A stretch of 64,000 bases of DNA, from assembly GCA_965261735.1 (NCBI GenBank), contig OZ253470.1:4096001-4160000 (forward strand), written 5' to 3'. Positions 19,988 through 30,277 of the stretch are shown here, piece by piece. How positions within the stretch are numbered: the stretch's first letter is position 1; every line of letters starts with the position of its first letter. Under the pieces are notes generated by a model. The model saw nothing but the letters and a program-made list of their open reading frames with translations, had not been told where the DNA came from and did not search any database. A program made the translations under genes and the position numbers. Source of the stretch: Alphaproteobacteria bacterium (GTDB lineage Bacteria; Pseudomonadota; Alphaproteobacteria; SHVV01).

Positions 19988-20031
19988 CGGGGGCACTTGG
20001 TCCTCGGCGCCCGGCGCTCCAGAGTGTCATG

Positions 20032-21114
20032 CTAGTGGATTGATTCCAACGTTTGGAACCCTCTGTTTCGTGCGGCGATGATATGATCGGGGTCGGCTTT
20101 CCAGATGAAGGGTTTTGGGTTTGCGTCATTGTATTCGCGGACAAATCGGTTGATGGCGTCCTGAAGGTCGACGACGGATTGGAAGACGCCGTATTTGAGC
20201 CTGCGCCGCGTTAGTTTGGCGAAGAAGCCCTCGACGGCATTGAGCCACGAGCACGAGGTTGGCGTGAAGTGGAAGGTCCAGCGTGGATGGCGGGCGAGCC
20301 AGGCGCGGACCTTGTCCTTCTTGTGCGCGGCGTAGTTGTCGAGGATGACGTGGACGGCCTTGTCCGTCGGCACCTCGCGCTCGATGCGGTTGAGGAAGCG
20401 GATGAACTCCTGATGGCGGTGGCGCTGCATGTTCTGTGCGATGACCGTACCGTCCAGCACGTTGAGCGCGGCGAACAGCGTCGTCGTGCCATGCCGTTTG
20501 TAATCATAGGTCATCGTACCGGCGCGGCCCTTCTTCATCGGCAAGCCGGGTTGGGTGCGGTCGAGCGCCTGGATCTGTGATTTCTCATCAACCGACAGCA
20601 CCACGGCATGGGCCGGCGGATCGACATACAAGCCGACGATATCTGTGAGCTTCTCGGCGAAGGCGGGATCATTGGAGAGCTTGAAGTGCCGCCAGCGGTG
20701 CGGGCTGAGGCCATGGGCCTTCCAGATCGCTTGGACCGTCGACGCCGCGACGCCAGCAACCTTCGCCATCGCGCGCAGCGTCCAGTGGGTCGCCTCGTGC
20801 GGCGGCGCTTGCTGGGTCAGGCGGACGATCTCGGCGACGCGCTCCGGCGGGATCGGCGCTTTGCCAGGCGGACGGGACCTGTCGCGAAGCAAGCCGTTGA
20901 CACCCTCGTGCATGAACCGCTCCTGCCAGCGCCAGACACAGGTCTTGGACTTGCCGGTCTCGGCCATGATCGACGAGTTCCCGAGCCCCTCGTCGCTCTT
21001 CAGGATGATCCGCGCCCGCCAGACATGTTTCTGCGAGCTCTTCGGGTCCGCGACGATAGCTTGCAATCGCTGACGGTCGCCAGACGTGACAGTAAAATGG
21101 ATGCCGGTGCGCAT
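20032..21114 (-). CDS. IS630 DDE transposase, apparently intact
   Basis: HTH N-terminus; SVDEKSQIQAL, YKRHGT, ILDNY, SWLNAVE. Confidence 0.95.
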   Translation of the reverse strand: MRTGIHFTVTSGDRQRLQAIVADPKSSQKHVWRARIILKSDEGLGNSSIMAETGKSKTCVWRWQERFMHEGVNGLLRDRSRPPGKAPIPPERVAEIVRLTQQAPPHEATHWTLRAMAKVAGVAASTVQAIWKAHGLSPHRWRHFKLSNDPAFAEKLTDIVGLYVDPPAHAVVLSVDEKSQIQALDRTQPGLPMKKGRAGTMTYDYKRHGTTTLFAALNVLDGTVIAQNMQRHRHQEFIRFLNRIEREVPTDKAVHVILDNYAAHKKDKVRAWLARHPRWTFHFTPTSCSWLNAVEGFFAKLTRRRLKYGVFQSVVDLQDAINRFVREYNDANPKPFIWKADPDHIIAARNRGFQTLESIH

Positions 21115-21186
21115 AGCACAGACTCGCATGACACCGCACAATACGGAATCTCAAATCGGACTCTTTCGTTCCGATCAATCCACTAG
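20032..21186 (-). mobile_element. IS630-family insertion sequence (span includes the duplicated CTAG)
   Basis: Terminal inverted repeats CTAGTGGATTGAT-NNN-AACG at both ends around a single transposase. Confidence 0.92.
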
Positions 21187-21241
21187 CATGCGCCCTCCAT
21201 TGACACGGCTCGCGTTGCGCGTGGGGCGCCACGCGTGAGGG

Positions 21242-22117
21242 TTGATGCAAGTCCCGCGAATGCTCCTTAACTTGGATCATGAGGCCGGGTGCGCCGCAAA
21301 GGCGTCGTCGCGTCGAGCGCGGCTTGGGTCTCTCGCCGCGTTGATCTTCGCGGCCTGCCTGGCCTCTCCCGCCGCGGCGATCGACCTCGACCTTGTCCCC
21401 ATAGCGCGGGATGCGTTCACGATGGGCGACGCCGCCGGCGACGCTAATGAAGCGCCCCATCGCGTTACGGTGATGCCCTTCCGCCTCATGCGCAACGAGG
21501 TGACGAACCGCCTGTTCGCGGCCTTCGTCGCGGCCACGGGCCATCGCACTCACGCCGAGCGAGGTGGCTCCGGCTATGTCTGGGACGGGCGTTGGCGGCA
21601 GGCGGCGGCGAACTGGCGGCGCCCGGACGGCGCCTTGTCGATCGACGGCCTCGACGACCACCCGGTGGTCCAGGTCTCGGCCCGAGATGCCTCGGCGTTC
21701 TGCCGCTGGCAGGGCCTGCGACTACCGACGGAGGAGGAGTGGGAGTTCGCGGCCCGCGGGCCGCGAAGCCTGCGCTACCCCTGGGGTGATGAGCGGCCGA
21801 CGAATGCGACGGTCCGCCGCGCCAACTTCGGAACGATACCCTGCTGCGCGCCCGACGCGTCGGACGGCTTTGCCCGCACCGCCCCGATCGGCCGCTACCC
21901 CCGGGGCGCCTCGCCCTTCGGCCTCCTCGACATGGCGGGCAATGTCTGGGAGTGGACGGCGAGTCGATTCGCCGATAACCCCGGTCTCGTCGTGCTGAAG
22001 GGCGGCGGTTGGGGTAACAACCCCTATTGCCTGCGTGCCGCCTACCGCCACGGCAATCCGCCGGACATCGGCCTCGATATGGTCGGCTTCCGCTGCGCCG
22101 GGGATGCGCTGCCCTAG
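21242..22117 (+). CDS. Formylglycine-generating-enzyme (SUMF1/FGE-sulfatase) domain protein, exported
   Basis: EVTN, HPVVQVS, RLPTEEEWEFAARG, DMAGNVWEW, VGFRCA; start approximate. Confidence 0.88.
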   Translation: MMQVPRMLLNLDHEAGCAAKASSRRARLGSLAALIFAACLASPAAAIDLDLVPIARDAFTMGDAAGDANEAPHRVTVMPFRLMRNEVTNRLFAAFVAATGHRTHAERGGSGYVWDGRWRQAAANWRRPDGALSIDGLDDHPVVQVSARDASAFCRWQGLRLPTEEEWEFAARGPRSLRYPWGDERPTNATVRRANFGTIPCCAPDASDGFARTAPIGRYPRGASPFGLLDMAGNVWEWTASRFADNPGLVVLKGGGWGNNPYCLRAAYRHGNPPDIGLDMVGFRCAGDALP

Positions 22118-22142
22118 TCGTGGGCGCACCGATCGAGCCGTA

Positions 22143-23786
22143 TCACAGCGCCGATCTCGCCGCCCACCAGGCCCGCCACGCCGCCAGATCGTAGCCGAAG
22201 CGTTGGCCGGTGATGGCGGTCAACGCGCCGATCCGATCACCGTCGAGCCATCCCGGATCGCCGGGCCGCCCAAGCGTCGAGACGAGCGGTTGAAGCGTCG
22301 CGTCGTCGCTCTGGCCCAGGCGGGCTGCCGCCCACATGGCCATGGGCCCGGCCTCGAGATACTTTTCGGCCCGGTTCGCCGGTAGCGTCCACGGCGCCGC
22401 CAGCCATTCCGGCGCCACCCGTCCGTGGCCGTTGAAGGCCAAGGACCACAGCAGGTACCAGCTCTTGAAGGTTGTCGCCGTCACGCGCAGAGCCCCGCCG
22501 AACAACGCGATCGGGGTCTCATCCGGCGGCGCTTGGAGCCGCGTTGCGAGGGCGGTGCCCGCCGCGCGGCTGCCGTGCCGGGCGAGCGGTCGGAGCGCGC
22601 GGCGTAGTGCGTCGCCGTGGCCCGTGAGCGATCCCTCTAGAGCCCGGTCGAGCGCGGCAAGGGCGGGGTCGATTTCGGCGAGCGGGTGCCACGGCGAGGG
22701 CAGGGCCGGCGGTGCAACCGGCGGACCTGCTGGGGCCGGAGCACTCGGACCCCAGAGGGCGCCGCCATCGGGCCCGATAGTGCCGACATAGACGCGGCCC
22801 CCATGTATGGCGACGTCCGCCGGCTCGGCGCTCGTAAAGGCGAACTCCTGGCCCCAGTCGAGGCCGTTCGCGCTCGACCACAGGGTGCCGCCACCGCGGC
22901 GGTTGGTGATCGCGTAGAGGCGCTCGGGCGCGGCCGCGAACCCGCGCACCCGCAGGCCGTCAAAAGCGGCAATCGGCTCCGCCGCTTTTCCGTTTGTCCG
23001 CCATACCCTGCTGCCGCCGGCGGTGTGGTTGATGCCGTAGAGCCGGTCGCGATAAGGCGTCACTCCGGTCGTCGCGCGCCCCGGCGGCCAGGCTTCGATC
23101 GGGGCGGCGCCCTCCGCCGACAATCGGAACAGCTTGACGCCTTCCTCTCGCCACGCGGTGAGGGCCGCGAACACCTCGTCGCCGAGCCGCGCCAACTCGG
23201 TGAAGCGGTTCACCGTCCGGGGCGGCGAGGGGTATTCGTACAGGAGGCGCCAGCTGTGGCCGCCATCGTCCGAGCGCTGAAGGCCGCCGCGCCAGGCCGA
23301 GGTCGCCGCGAACAGTGTGCCACGATGGCCGAGCATCGCGTGGATGTGAAAGACTTGCCGCTCGGGTAGGAGATGCCAGGCCCAATCCCGCCCGTCGGTG
23401 ACCATGAACTCGCCACGCCCGGCGGACGATCGGGCGTCCTCGAACGGCCAGTACAGGAGCCCCTCGGCGACCGCCGGAAGCCCGGCGTTCTGGCTGAACA
23501 GGTGGGCCTCGTAGCGCGCCCGGCCGGTCCGCGGATCATAAGAGTAGACGTCTGCGGAGTTGTGGTTGACGAACAGTTCCGCGTTGACGAACCACAGCCG
23601 CTCGCCGTAGCCGACCAGCCCGGAGACCGCGGTCCATGGGCCGGGCCTCGCGAGCACCACCAGTTCCTCGGCGCGGCTGCCGAGTGCGCCTGCGAGCGAG
23701 CAAGCCAAAAGGACACAGGCAAAGAGGAGGCGCTTGGGCACGGCGGAGGGGCCTCGCGATGGGTACGGCGCGAGCGACGATATCAC
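22143..23786 (-). CDS. Exported hypothetical protein, probable beta-propeller plus helical C-terminus
   Basis: Signal peptide; BNR/Asp-box-like RSDDGGHSW and SSANGLDW. Confidence 0.6.
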   Translation of the reverse strand: MISSLAPYPSRGPSAVPKRLLFACVLLACSLAGALGSRAEELVVLARPGPWTAVSGLVGYGERLWFVNAELFVNHNSADVYSYDPRTGRARYEAHLFSQNAGLPAVAEGLLYWPFEDARSSAGRGEFMVTDGRDWAWHLLPERQVFHIHAMLGHRGTLFAATSAWRGGLQRSDDGGHSWRLLYEYPSPPRTVNRFTELARLGDEVFAALTAWREEGVKLFRLSAEGAAPIEAWPPGRATTGVTPYRDRLYGINHTAGGSRVWRTNGKAAEPIAAFDGLRVRGFAAAPERLYAITNRRGGGTLWSSANGLDWGQEFAFTSAEPADVAIHGGRVYVGTIGPDGGALWGPSAPAPAGPPVAPPALPSPWHPLAEIDPALAALDRALEGSLTGHGDALRRALRPLARHGSRAAGTALATRLQAPPDETPIALFGGALRVTATTFKSWYLLWSLAFNGHGRVAPEWLAAPWTLPANRAEKYLEAGPMAMWAAARLGQSDDATLQPLVSTLGRPGDPGWLDGDRIGALTAITGQRFGYDLAAWRAWWAARSAL

Positions 23787-23914
23787 TGGCTTTGGGGCGC
23801 GGAGTCGCAGCGTCTGCGCGCGGGCGCATCACAATCGCGCGAGAGACGTGTTACCATGGCGGCTTGCGGCCCGGCGGGTGCGTCGGGCCGAATCGTTTCG
23901 CCCGGATGCTCTGC

Positions 23915-24853
23915 ATGAAAACGAAGGTCGCGATCATCGGCTCGGGCAATATCGGGACCGACCTGATGATCAAGATCATGCGGACCTCGGAGTCGCTCGA
24001 GGTAGCGGCTCTGATCGGCATCGATCCGCAATCCGATGGCCTCGCGATGGCGGGCCGCCTCGGCGTCGCGACCATCCACGACGGCATCGAGGGGGCCCTC
24101 GCGCTGCCCGAGTTTGGCGAGGCCCGGATCGTTTTCGATGCGACCTCGGCCAAGGCCCATTCCCACCACGACGAGGTATGCCGCCGCCTCGGCAAGCAGA
24201 TGATCGACCTAACACCGGCGGCGGTCGGCCCCTACGTCGTGCCTGTGGTCAACATGACCGAGCATTTCGGCACCGCGAACCTCAATATGGTGAGCTGCGG
24301 GGGTCAGGCGACGATACCGATGGTGGCGGCGGTGGGCCGGGTTGCCGACCGCGTGCCCTATGCCGAGATCGTCTCCTCGATCTCCTCGCGCTCGGCCGGC
24401 CCGGGCACCCGCGCCAACATCGACGAGTTCACCGAGACCACCGCGCGCGGGATCGAGACGGTCGGCGGCAGCGAACGCGGTAAGGCGATCATCATCCTCA
24501 ACCCGGCCGATCCGCCCCTCGTCATGCGCAACACGGTGTTCACGCTGAGCGAAGGGGCGGAGCCCGATGCCATCGAGGAGTCGGTGGAGCGCATGGTCGA
24601 GGAGGTTCAGAGCTACGTCCCGCGCTACCGGCTGAAGCAGAAGGTCCAGTTCGAGCGCGTTGGCGACAATCAGCCGCTGCAGATCCCGGGCCTCGGCGAG
24701 TTCACCGGCGTCAAGTCCTCGATCTTTCTCGAGGTCGAGGGCGCCGGCCACTACCTGCCGAGCTGGGCGGGCAATCTCGACATCATGACCTCGGCGGCGC
24801 TCAAAACGGCGGAGCGCTACGTCGAGATGAAGCTCGCCGAGAGTCCATCATGA
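23915..24853 (+). CDS. mhpF: Acetaldehyde dehydrogenase (acylating)
   Basis: [11 protein letters not shown], catalytic [32 protein letters not shown]. Confidence 0.95.
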   Translation: MKTKVAIIGSGNIGTDLMIKIMRTSESLEVAALIGIDPQSDGLAMAGRLGVATIHDGIEGALALPEFGEARIVFDATSAKAHSHHDEVCRRLGKQMIDLTPAAVGPYVVPVVNMTEHFGTANLNMVSCGGQATIPMVAAVGRVADRVPYAEIVSSISSRSAGPGTRANIDEFTETTARGIETVGGSERGKAIIILNPADPPLVMRNTVFTLSEGAEPDAIEESVERMVEEVQSYVPRYRLKQKVQFERVGDNQPLQIPGLGEFTGVKSSIFLEVEGAGHYLPSWAGNLDIMTSAALKTAERYVEMKLAESPS

Positions 24854-25872
24854 CCGGGAAGCTCTATATCCAGGACGTGACCCTGCGCGATGGCATGCAC
24901 GCCATCCGCCACCGCTACGACCTCGATCGCGTCGTCGCCATCGCCGAGGCGCTCGACGAGGCGCGCGTCGATGCCATCGAAATCTCTCACGGCGACGGTC
25001 TAGCGGGCGCGAGCTTCAACTATGGATTCGGCAACCACACCGACCGCGAATGGATTGGCGCGGTAGCCGACGCGGTCAGCCGCGCGCGGATCGCCGTACT
25101 GCTGCTGCCGGGAATTGGCACGGTCGAGGACCTCGAGGCCGCCTACGAAGTCGGTGCCCGCTCCGTGCGTATCGCGACCCACTGCACCGAGGCCGACATC
25201 TCGAAGCAACATATCGAAGCGGCGCGCGGCCTGGGCATGGATACGGTGGGCTTCCTCATGATGGCGCACATGATCGAGGCGGAGGAGCTGGCTGCGCAGG
25301 CAAGGCTGATGGAGTCCTATGGCGCCCACTGCGTCTATATCGTCGATTCCGCCGGCGCCCTCATGATGGAGGGAACTTCTAGTAGAATAAAAGCGTTGCG
25401 TGACGCACTTAAACCGGAGACTGAAGTTGGTATCCACTGCCACCACAACCTCTCCCTCGGTATCGCCAACTCGCTCGCCGGCATCGAGCAGGGTGCAACG
25501 CGCGTCGACGCCTCGCTCACCGGCATGGGTGCCGGCGCCGGGAATGCGCCGCTCGAGATCCTGATTGCCGTGCTCGACCGACTTGGGCTCAACCCAGGTT
25601 GTGATCTGTTCAAGCTGATGGACGCGGCCGAGACGCTGGTGCGGCCTCTGCAGGACCGGCCAGTGCGGGTCGATCGCGAGTCGCTCTCGCTCGGCTACGC
25701 CGGCGTGTATTCGAGCTTTCTGCGCCATGCCGAGACAGCGTCCAAGACCTACGGCGTCGATACCCGCGACATTCTCGTCGAGCTCGGCCGGCGGCGCATG
25801 GTGGGCGGCCAGGAGGACATGATCGTTGACGTGGCCCTCGACCTGGCTAACCAGGGCAAGGCCGGCGGGTAA
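24850..25872 (+). CDS. dmpG: 4-hydroxy-2-oxovalerate aldolase
   Basis: [44 protein letters not shown]; ATGA-coupled to mhpF. Confidence 0.95.
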   Translation: MTGKLYIQDVTLRDGMHAIRHRYDLDRVVAIAEALDEARVDAIEISHGDGLAGASFNYGFGNHTDREWIGAVADAVSRARIAVLLLPGIGTVEDLEAAYEVGARSVRIATHCTEADISKQHIEAARGLGMDTVGFLMMAHMIEAEELAAQARLMESYGAHCVYIVDSAGALMMEGTSSRIKALRDALKPETEVGIHCHHNLSLGIANSLAGIEQGATRVDASLTGMGAGAGNAPLEILIAVLDRLGLNPGCDLFKLMDAAETLVRPLQDRPVRVDRESLSLGYAGVYSSFLRHAETASKTYGVDTRDILVELGRRRMVGGQEDMIVDVALDLANQGKAGG

Positions 25873-25888
25873 GGGCGCGCCAAGCACG

Positions 25889-26599
25889 ATGCCCGTGACC
25901 CGCCGCACGCCAGATCCGTGGTTCGAGAAGGGACTCCGGCGCGAGGACATCACCGAGGAGCGCTTTGCGAGGATCGCCGCGGAGGCGGCGCGCGTCGGCG
26001 GCTTCACGGCGCTCGACTTCGAGACCCGGGAGGCGAGCCGGCGGGCCGTTCTGGCACAGACCCAGCCGGGCGATGACGTGTGGGTCTTCGCGTACGGCTC
26101 ACTGATGTGGAACCCGGCTTTCCACTGCCGGGAGCGGCGCGCCGGCCGCATTTACGGCTATCACCGGAGCTTCTGCTTATGGACCCCCCTGGGACGCGGC
26201 TCGCCCGACTGCCCGGGCCTGGTGCTCGGGCTCGATCGCGGCGGCTCGTGTCACGGCGTGGCCCTGCGCATCGCGGCCAGCGAGGTCGAGAGTGAGACCC
26301 AGATCATATGGCGGCGCGAAATGCTCGCCGGCACCTACACGCCGCGCTGGGTGAACGTCAGCACCGGGTCGAGGGGGCTGCGCGCCATCGCCTTCGTCAT
26401 CAATCCCTCGCACCCGCGATACGGCCGCAAGCTCACGCTCGAAACCACGGTGCGCGCCATCGCCGAGGCCGAGGGCCAACTCGGCCGCTGCTGCGACTAC
26501 TTGTTCAGCACCGTCCGCCATCTCGACGAGCTCGATATCCGTGACGGGCCGATGCACCGTCTGCGCGACCTCGTCGAGGCGCACGTACCGGAGCGCTAG
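25889..26599 (+). CDS. ChaC-like gamma-glutamylcyclotransferase
   Basis: WVFAYGSLMW, RGSPDCPGLVLGL, WRREM. Confidence 0.88.
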   Translation: MPVTRRTPDPWFEKGLRREDITEERFARIAAEAARVGGFTALDFETREASRRAVLAQTQPGDDVWVFAYGSLMWNPAFHCRERRAGRIYGYHRSFCLWTPLGRGSPDCPGLVLGLDRGGSCHGVALRIAASEVESETQIIWRREMLAGTYTPRWVNVSTGSRGLRAIAFVINPSHPRYGRKLTLETTVRAIAEAEGQLGRCCDYLFSTVRHLDELDIRDGPMHRLRDLVEAHVPER

Positions 26600-26617
26600 G
26601 CGTGAGCCGCGGCGGGG

Positions 26618-26638
26618 AAGGGCGTGCGCACCGCCCTT
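26618..26638. terminator. Hairpin between convergent chaC-like and usp genes
   Basis: AAGGGCG...CGCCCTT inverted repeat. Confidence 0.35.
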
Positions 26639-26644
26639 GCCCGT

Positions 26645-27469
26645 CTAGTGGGACATCAGGATCGGACAGGTCATGTGGTGGAGGAGGTGGCGCGTGACGC
26701 CGCCGAGCATGAACTCGCGAAAGCGCGAGTGGCCATAGGCGCCCATCACCACGAGGTCGATACCGAACTCATGGGCTGAGTTGAGGAGCGCATCTCCGAC
26801 CTCGATGTCGCGAACGATCGTGCTCTGGGCTTCGACGCGAGCGCCGTGGCGGGCCAGATGCGTCGCTATCGCGGCCCCTGGGATGGGCTCAGCGCCCGGC
26901 GGGTTCACGGTATAGACCACGACCTGGTCCGCCCGCTCGAGGATGGGCAGCGCATCGTGGGCCGCGCGCGCCGCCTCCCGCGTTCCGTTCCACGCCAGCA
27001 TGACACGGCGACCAACGGCCTCGAAGGTACCGACGTAGGGGACGATCAGGATGGGCCGGCCGGACACGAGGGCGACCTCCTCCGGCATGTCGATGACTTC
27101 GCGCTCGTCGCCCCCGCCGCGACCGCGCTGCCCAAGCACGACGAGGTCCGCGCAGTGAAACTGGTGCGCCGGAACGCGCCAGTCGGAGCGTTCCTCGACA
27201 CGCCATTCCGAGGCCAGTCCGTACTTCTGCGCTGCCTCCTCGAAGGCCGCCTTCATCTCATCCGCTTCCGCGCGCGCTTGATCGATCTGCGGCTGAATGA
27301 TGTCGCTACCGGCGTAGATGCCGGGATAGCTCGGGATGTAGGGTGGCGCGATGAAGTAAATGGCCGTGAGGTGCGCCTCGTGGGCCTGAGCTAGGAGGCA
27401 CGCGACATCCGTGCGCTCGCTCGAGCGCTCGCCGGGACCGAGATGAAGCAGGATATCCTTGATCGCCAT
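26645..27469 (-). CDS. Tandem-domain universal stress protein
   Basis: IKDILLH, DLVVLG, AWNGTREAARA, MGAYGHSRFRE..GGVT..PILMSH. Confidence 0.92.
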   Translation of the reverse strand: MAIKDILLHLGPGERSSERTDVACLLAQAHEAHLTAIYFIAPPYIPSYPGIYAGSDIIQPQIDQARAEADEMKAAFEEAAQKYGLASEWRVEERSDWRVPAHQFHCADLVVLGQRGRGGGDEREVIDMPEEVALVSGRPILIVPYVGTFEAVGRRVMLAWNGTREAARAAHDALPILERADQVVVYTVNPPGAEPIPGAAIATHLARHGARVEAQSTIVRDIEVGDALLNSAHEFGIDLVVMGAYGHSRFREFMLGGVTRHLLHHMTCPILMSH

Positions 27470-27535
27470 GCGTGCTCTCCTTTGACGGATTACCATCGCC
27501 GATAGCCCGTTCTAACCCGTTGAGGCGACTGCGCT

Positions 27536-27549
27536 TTGATCTGGATCAA
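27536..27549. promoter_or_regulatory. FNR/FixK box upstream of usp
   Basis: Perfect TTGAT-CTGG-ATCAA, 66 bp before the ATG. Confidence 0.85.
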
Positions 27550-27764
27550 TCGCCCCGGCGGCGCCCGCGGTCGCTGGCCACTTAACGGCGAGGGTGTTAT
27601 GAGTGGCTGCCCCGAGGGGCTCGCCGTCCTGTCTGCTCCCTTGCAGGCCCGGCGCGCGGTCGCGCCCCCAAGGCGATATTCATGACCGCTACGGAGGTTC
27701 GCTTCATGGCCGCCATCGGGCGACGTGCCGCTTGGTCGGTGGCGGCTTCACGCGACCCCGCGCG

Positions 27765-28667
27765 ATGAGCGGTACGGCGCCGCACAGAGGCGCCGGCGAC
27801 GCGAGCAGCTCCGCGGGCCGCGGAATCCTGCTCATGATGGCGAGCAGCTTCTTCCTGATCAGCAACGACGCCACGCTGAAGTGGGTTTCCACGGACCTTC
27901 CGGTCGGCCAGATGCTCTTCATTCGGGGCTGCGTGACGCTGGCGATTGTCATTTTTTTCGTGTGGCGGGCCGGTGGGATCATCGCGTTGCGCGTCGTCTA
28001 TCCGCGCGCCCAGGCGGCGCGCGCCGGGCTCGTCGTGCTGGGTACGTTCCTGTTCATCAACGCGCTTCGCCTGATGCCCCTCGCGGATGCCGCCTCGCTC
28101 GGTTCCGTCGGCCCCATCATGATCGCGGCGCTGGCCCCGTTCATGCTTGGCGAGCAGGTCGGGTGGCGGCGATGGAGCGCCGTTGTCGTGGGGTTCCTGG
28201 GCGTCGTCATCATGCTGCGGCCGACCGGCGAGGGGTTGTATTGGGCGGCGCTGCTGCCGGTCGCCGCGGCCTCGACCGGGGCCGTGCGCGACATCATCAC
28301 GCGCCGTATCATCCGGGCGGAATCGTCGATCGCGACGCTCTTCTACACCACGGTCGCCGTGACCGCCGGTGGCCTGGCCACGGCCCCCTTTGGTTGGCAG
28401 ACACCGCGTGCCGGCGATCTCGCGCTGCTGCTCATGACCGGCGTCATGCTCTCCGGCGCTCATTACCTCCAGATCGAGGCCTATCGTCACGCCGAGGCGG
28501 CGACCATCGCGCCGTTCCGCTACACCTCGCTGGTCTGGGCCACACTATTAGGCTTCCTCCTGTGGGGCGATGTGCCGGAATCCTGGACGGTCGCGGGCGC
28601 CGCCCTCGTCGTCGGCAGCGGCCTCTACATCTTCCATCGCGAAACCGTGCGCGCACGCATGTCCTGA
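27765..28667 (+). CDS. DMT/EamA family transporter
   Basis: About 10 TM helices; LGEQVGWRRW, LRP, IAPFRY. Confidence 0.88.
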   Translation: MSGTAPHRGAGDASSSAGRGILLMMASSFFLISNDATLKWVSTDLPVGQMLFIRGCVTLAIVIFFVWRAGGIIALRVVYPRAQAARAGLVVLGTFLFINALRLMPLADAASLGSVGPIMIAALAPFMLGEQVGWRRWSAVVVGFLGVVIMLRPTGEGLYWAALLPVAAASTGAVRDIITRRIIRAESSIATLFYTTVAVTAGGLATAPFGWQTPRAGDLALLLMTGVMLSGAHYLQIEAYRHAEAATIAPFRYTSLVWATLLGFLLWGDVPESWTVAGAALVVGSGLYIFHRETVRARMS

Positions 28668-28677
28668 GCCGTTCGCG

Positions 28678-29616
28678 TCAGCCCGGCGCGAGGCAGCCCG
28701 CCAAGGACTCGGCAAGATTTCGCATGAGCGCGAAATAGGCGTCGGGTCCGGGCTCGAGGTTCACGCCGAGCGGGTCGAGGATGCCGGAACGGGCCGCGCT
28801 GCCGGCGACCAGCACCGGCAGCAGAGTTGGCGCGCTCGACGGTCCGCCGAAGACGCATGTGGTGCCCGATTCGAGGATAAGGCGTCGCAGGTCGCGCAGG
28901 CTTCGCGCCCCGGGTTGGGCGGCGGGATTGGCGGCGAGGGCCGCTACCGGCGCGATCGCGAAGCGCACTTCGAAATATTGATAGGCGTCGTGAAGAACCA
29001 CGTAGGGGCGGCCGCGCGACGGCCCGAGCCGCGCTTGCAGTTCCGTCGTCAGGTCATCGAGTCGTCGTTCGAGCCGTTGCGCGTTGGCCTTGTACTGCTG
29101 GGCGTTCACCACATCGACTTCGCTCAGGACCTGGGAAGCGTGGCGCGCCATGTGCCGGGCGTTCTCAGGGTCGAGCCAGACATGGGCATCGAGGCCGCGC
29201 GCGTCGGGACCGGCGGGCTCGTGTGCGACCGTGGGTCCGCGCACGAGTCCGCCGCGCCGCGCGAGCCTCCTGACGCCCGGTACAGCGGCGAGCGCGACGA
29301 CGCGCGTTGCAGGGCCGAGGGCGGCGAGTGGCTTGGCGAGGAAGGTCTCGAGCTCTTCGCCGATCCAAAAGATCACATCGGCGGACTGAATGGCCTTGGC
29401 ATCGGAGGGGCGGAGCGACATTTCGTGCGGTGACGCGGCGCCCCGGACGAGCAGGTGCGGCTCGCCAACCCCCTCCATGATGGCGGCGACCAAGGCGTGC
29501 ACCGGCGTGATCGTGACGACGACGCCAGGGGCTCCCGCCGCCGCCCCGAAGGGAAGGCAGAAGGCGGCGATCGCAGCCACGATCGCCGAGGCCGGCGTAT
29601 TGCTACCGTATCGCAT
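28678..29616 (-). CDS. znuA: Zinc ABC transporter substrate-binding protein
   Basis: ASPHEMSLRPSD, DAHVWLDP, HDAYQYF; divergent from zur. Confidence 0.9.
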   Translation of the reverse strand: MRYGSNTPASAIVAAIAAFCLPFGAAAGAPGVVVTITPVHALVAAIMEGVGEPHLLVRGAASPHEMSLRPSDAKAIQSADVIFWIGEELETFLAKPLAALGPATRVVALAAVPGVRRLARRGGLVRGPTVAHEPAGPDARGLDAHVWLDPENARHMARHASQVLSEVDVVNAQQYKANAQRLERRLDDLTTELQARLGPSRGRPYVVLHDAYQYFEVRFAIAPVAALAANPAAQPGARSLRDLRRLILESGTTCVFGGPSSAPTLLPVLVAGSAARSGILDPLGVNLEPGPDAYFALMRNLAESLAGCLAPG

Positions 29617-29649
29617 CGCGTTGACGTTCCGCACTAGGCGAGCTGAATA

Positions 29650-29670
29650 ATATGATATAATATAACATAT
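29650..29670. promoter_or_regulatory. Zur box
   Basis: AT-rich near-palindrome ATATGATATAATATAACATAT between znuA and zur. Confidence 0.85.
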
Positions 29671-29754
29671 CGTCGGCGAAGGATCGTGTAGTCGGACTCT
29701 TCTGTCGTTCTTCGCGACGGTGGTTGCTGGCGCACGAAGGGAAGCGCTCTGGCG

Positions 29755-30273
29755 ATGCCCACCGACACCTCGGTCCTCGTCGCGTTCAAGCCGCAGGCGC
29801 ACGATCACGGCCGCTGCGTGCGCGACTCGCTGGCGGCGGCGGCGGAGGTCTGCGCCGCTCGCGGCCTCCGTTTCACGGCGTTGCGTCGGCGCGTCCTCGA
29901 GCTCGTGCTCGGCGGGCACGAGCCGGTGCGGGCGTACGATGTGCTCGACCAGCTGGGGAGCGAGCGCCGGCGCGCCGCCCCGCCCACGGTCTACCGCGCT
30001 CTCGAGTTCCTCCTCGCCAACGGATTGATTCATCGTATCGAGTCGTTGAGCGCTTATGTTGGGTGCGGCGAGCCACGGGTCCCGCACACCGGGCAATTCC
30101 TGATCTGCGGGGTCTGCGGCTCGGCGGCGGAACTCGGCGACCTCGACATCGCCGGCCTTGTCGTTAGCAAGGCGAAGCGACTGGGCTTTCGCGTCCAGCG
30201 CCAATCCATCGAGGCCATGGGCGTTTGCCGCGCATGCGCCTCGCGTGCCCGGCGCGCGGGCCACGGAAAATAG
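29755..30273 (+). CDS. zur: Zinc uptake regulator (Fur family)
   Basis: HDHGRC, PPTVYRALEFL, CGVC and CRAC. Confidence 0.9.
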   Translation: MPTDTSVLVAFKPQAHDHGRCVRDSLAAAAEVCAARGLRFTALRRRVLELVLGGHEPVRAYDVLDQLGSERRRAAPPTVYRALEFLLANGLIHRIESLSAYVGCGEPRVPHTGQFLICGVCGSAAELGDLDIAGLVVSKAKRLGFRVQRQSIEAMGVCRACASRARRAGHGK

Positions 30274-30277
30274 GTCC

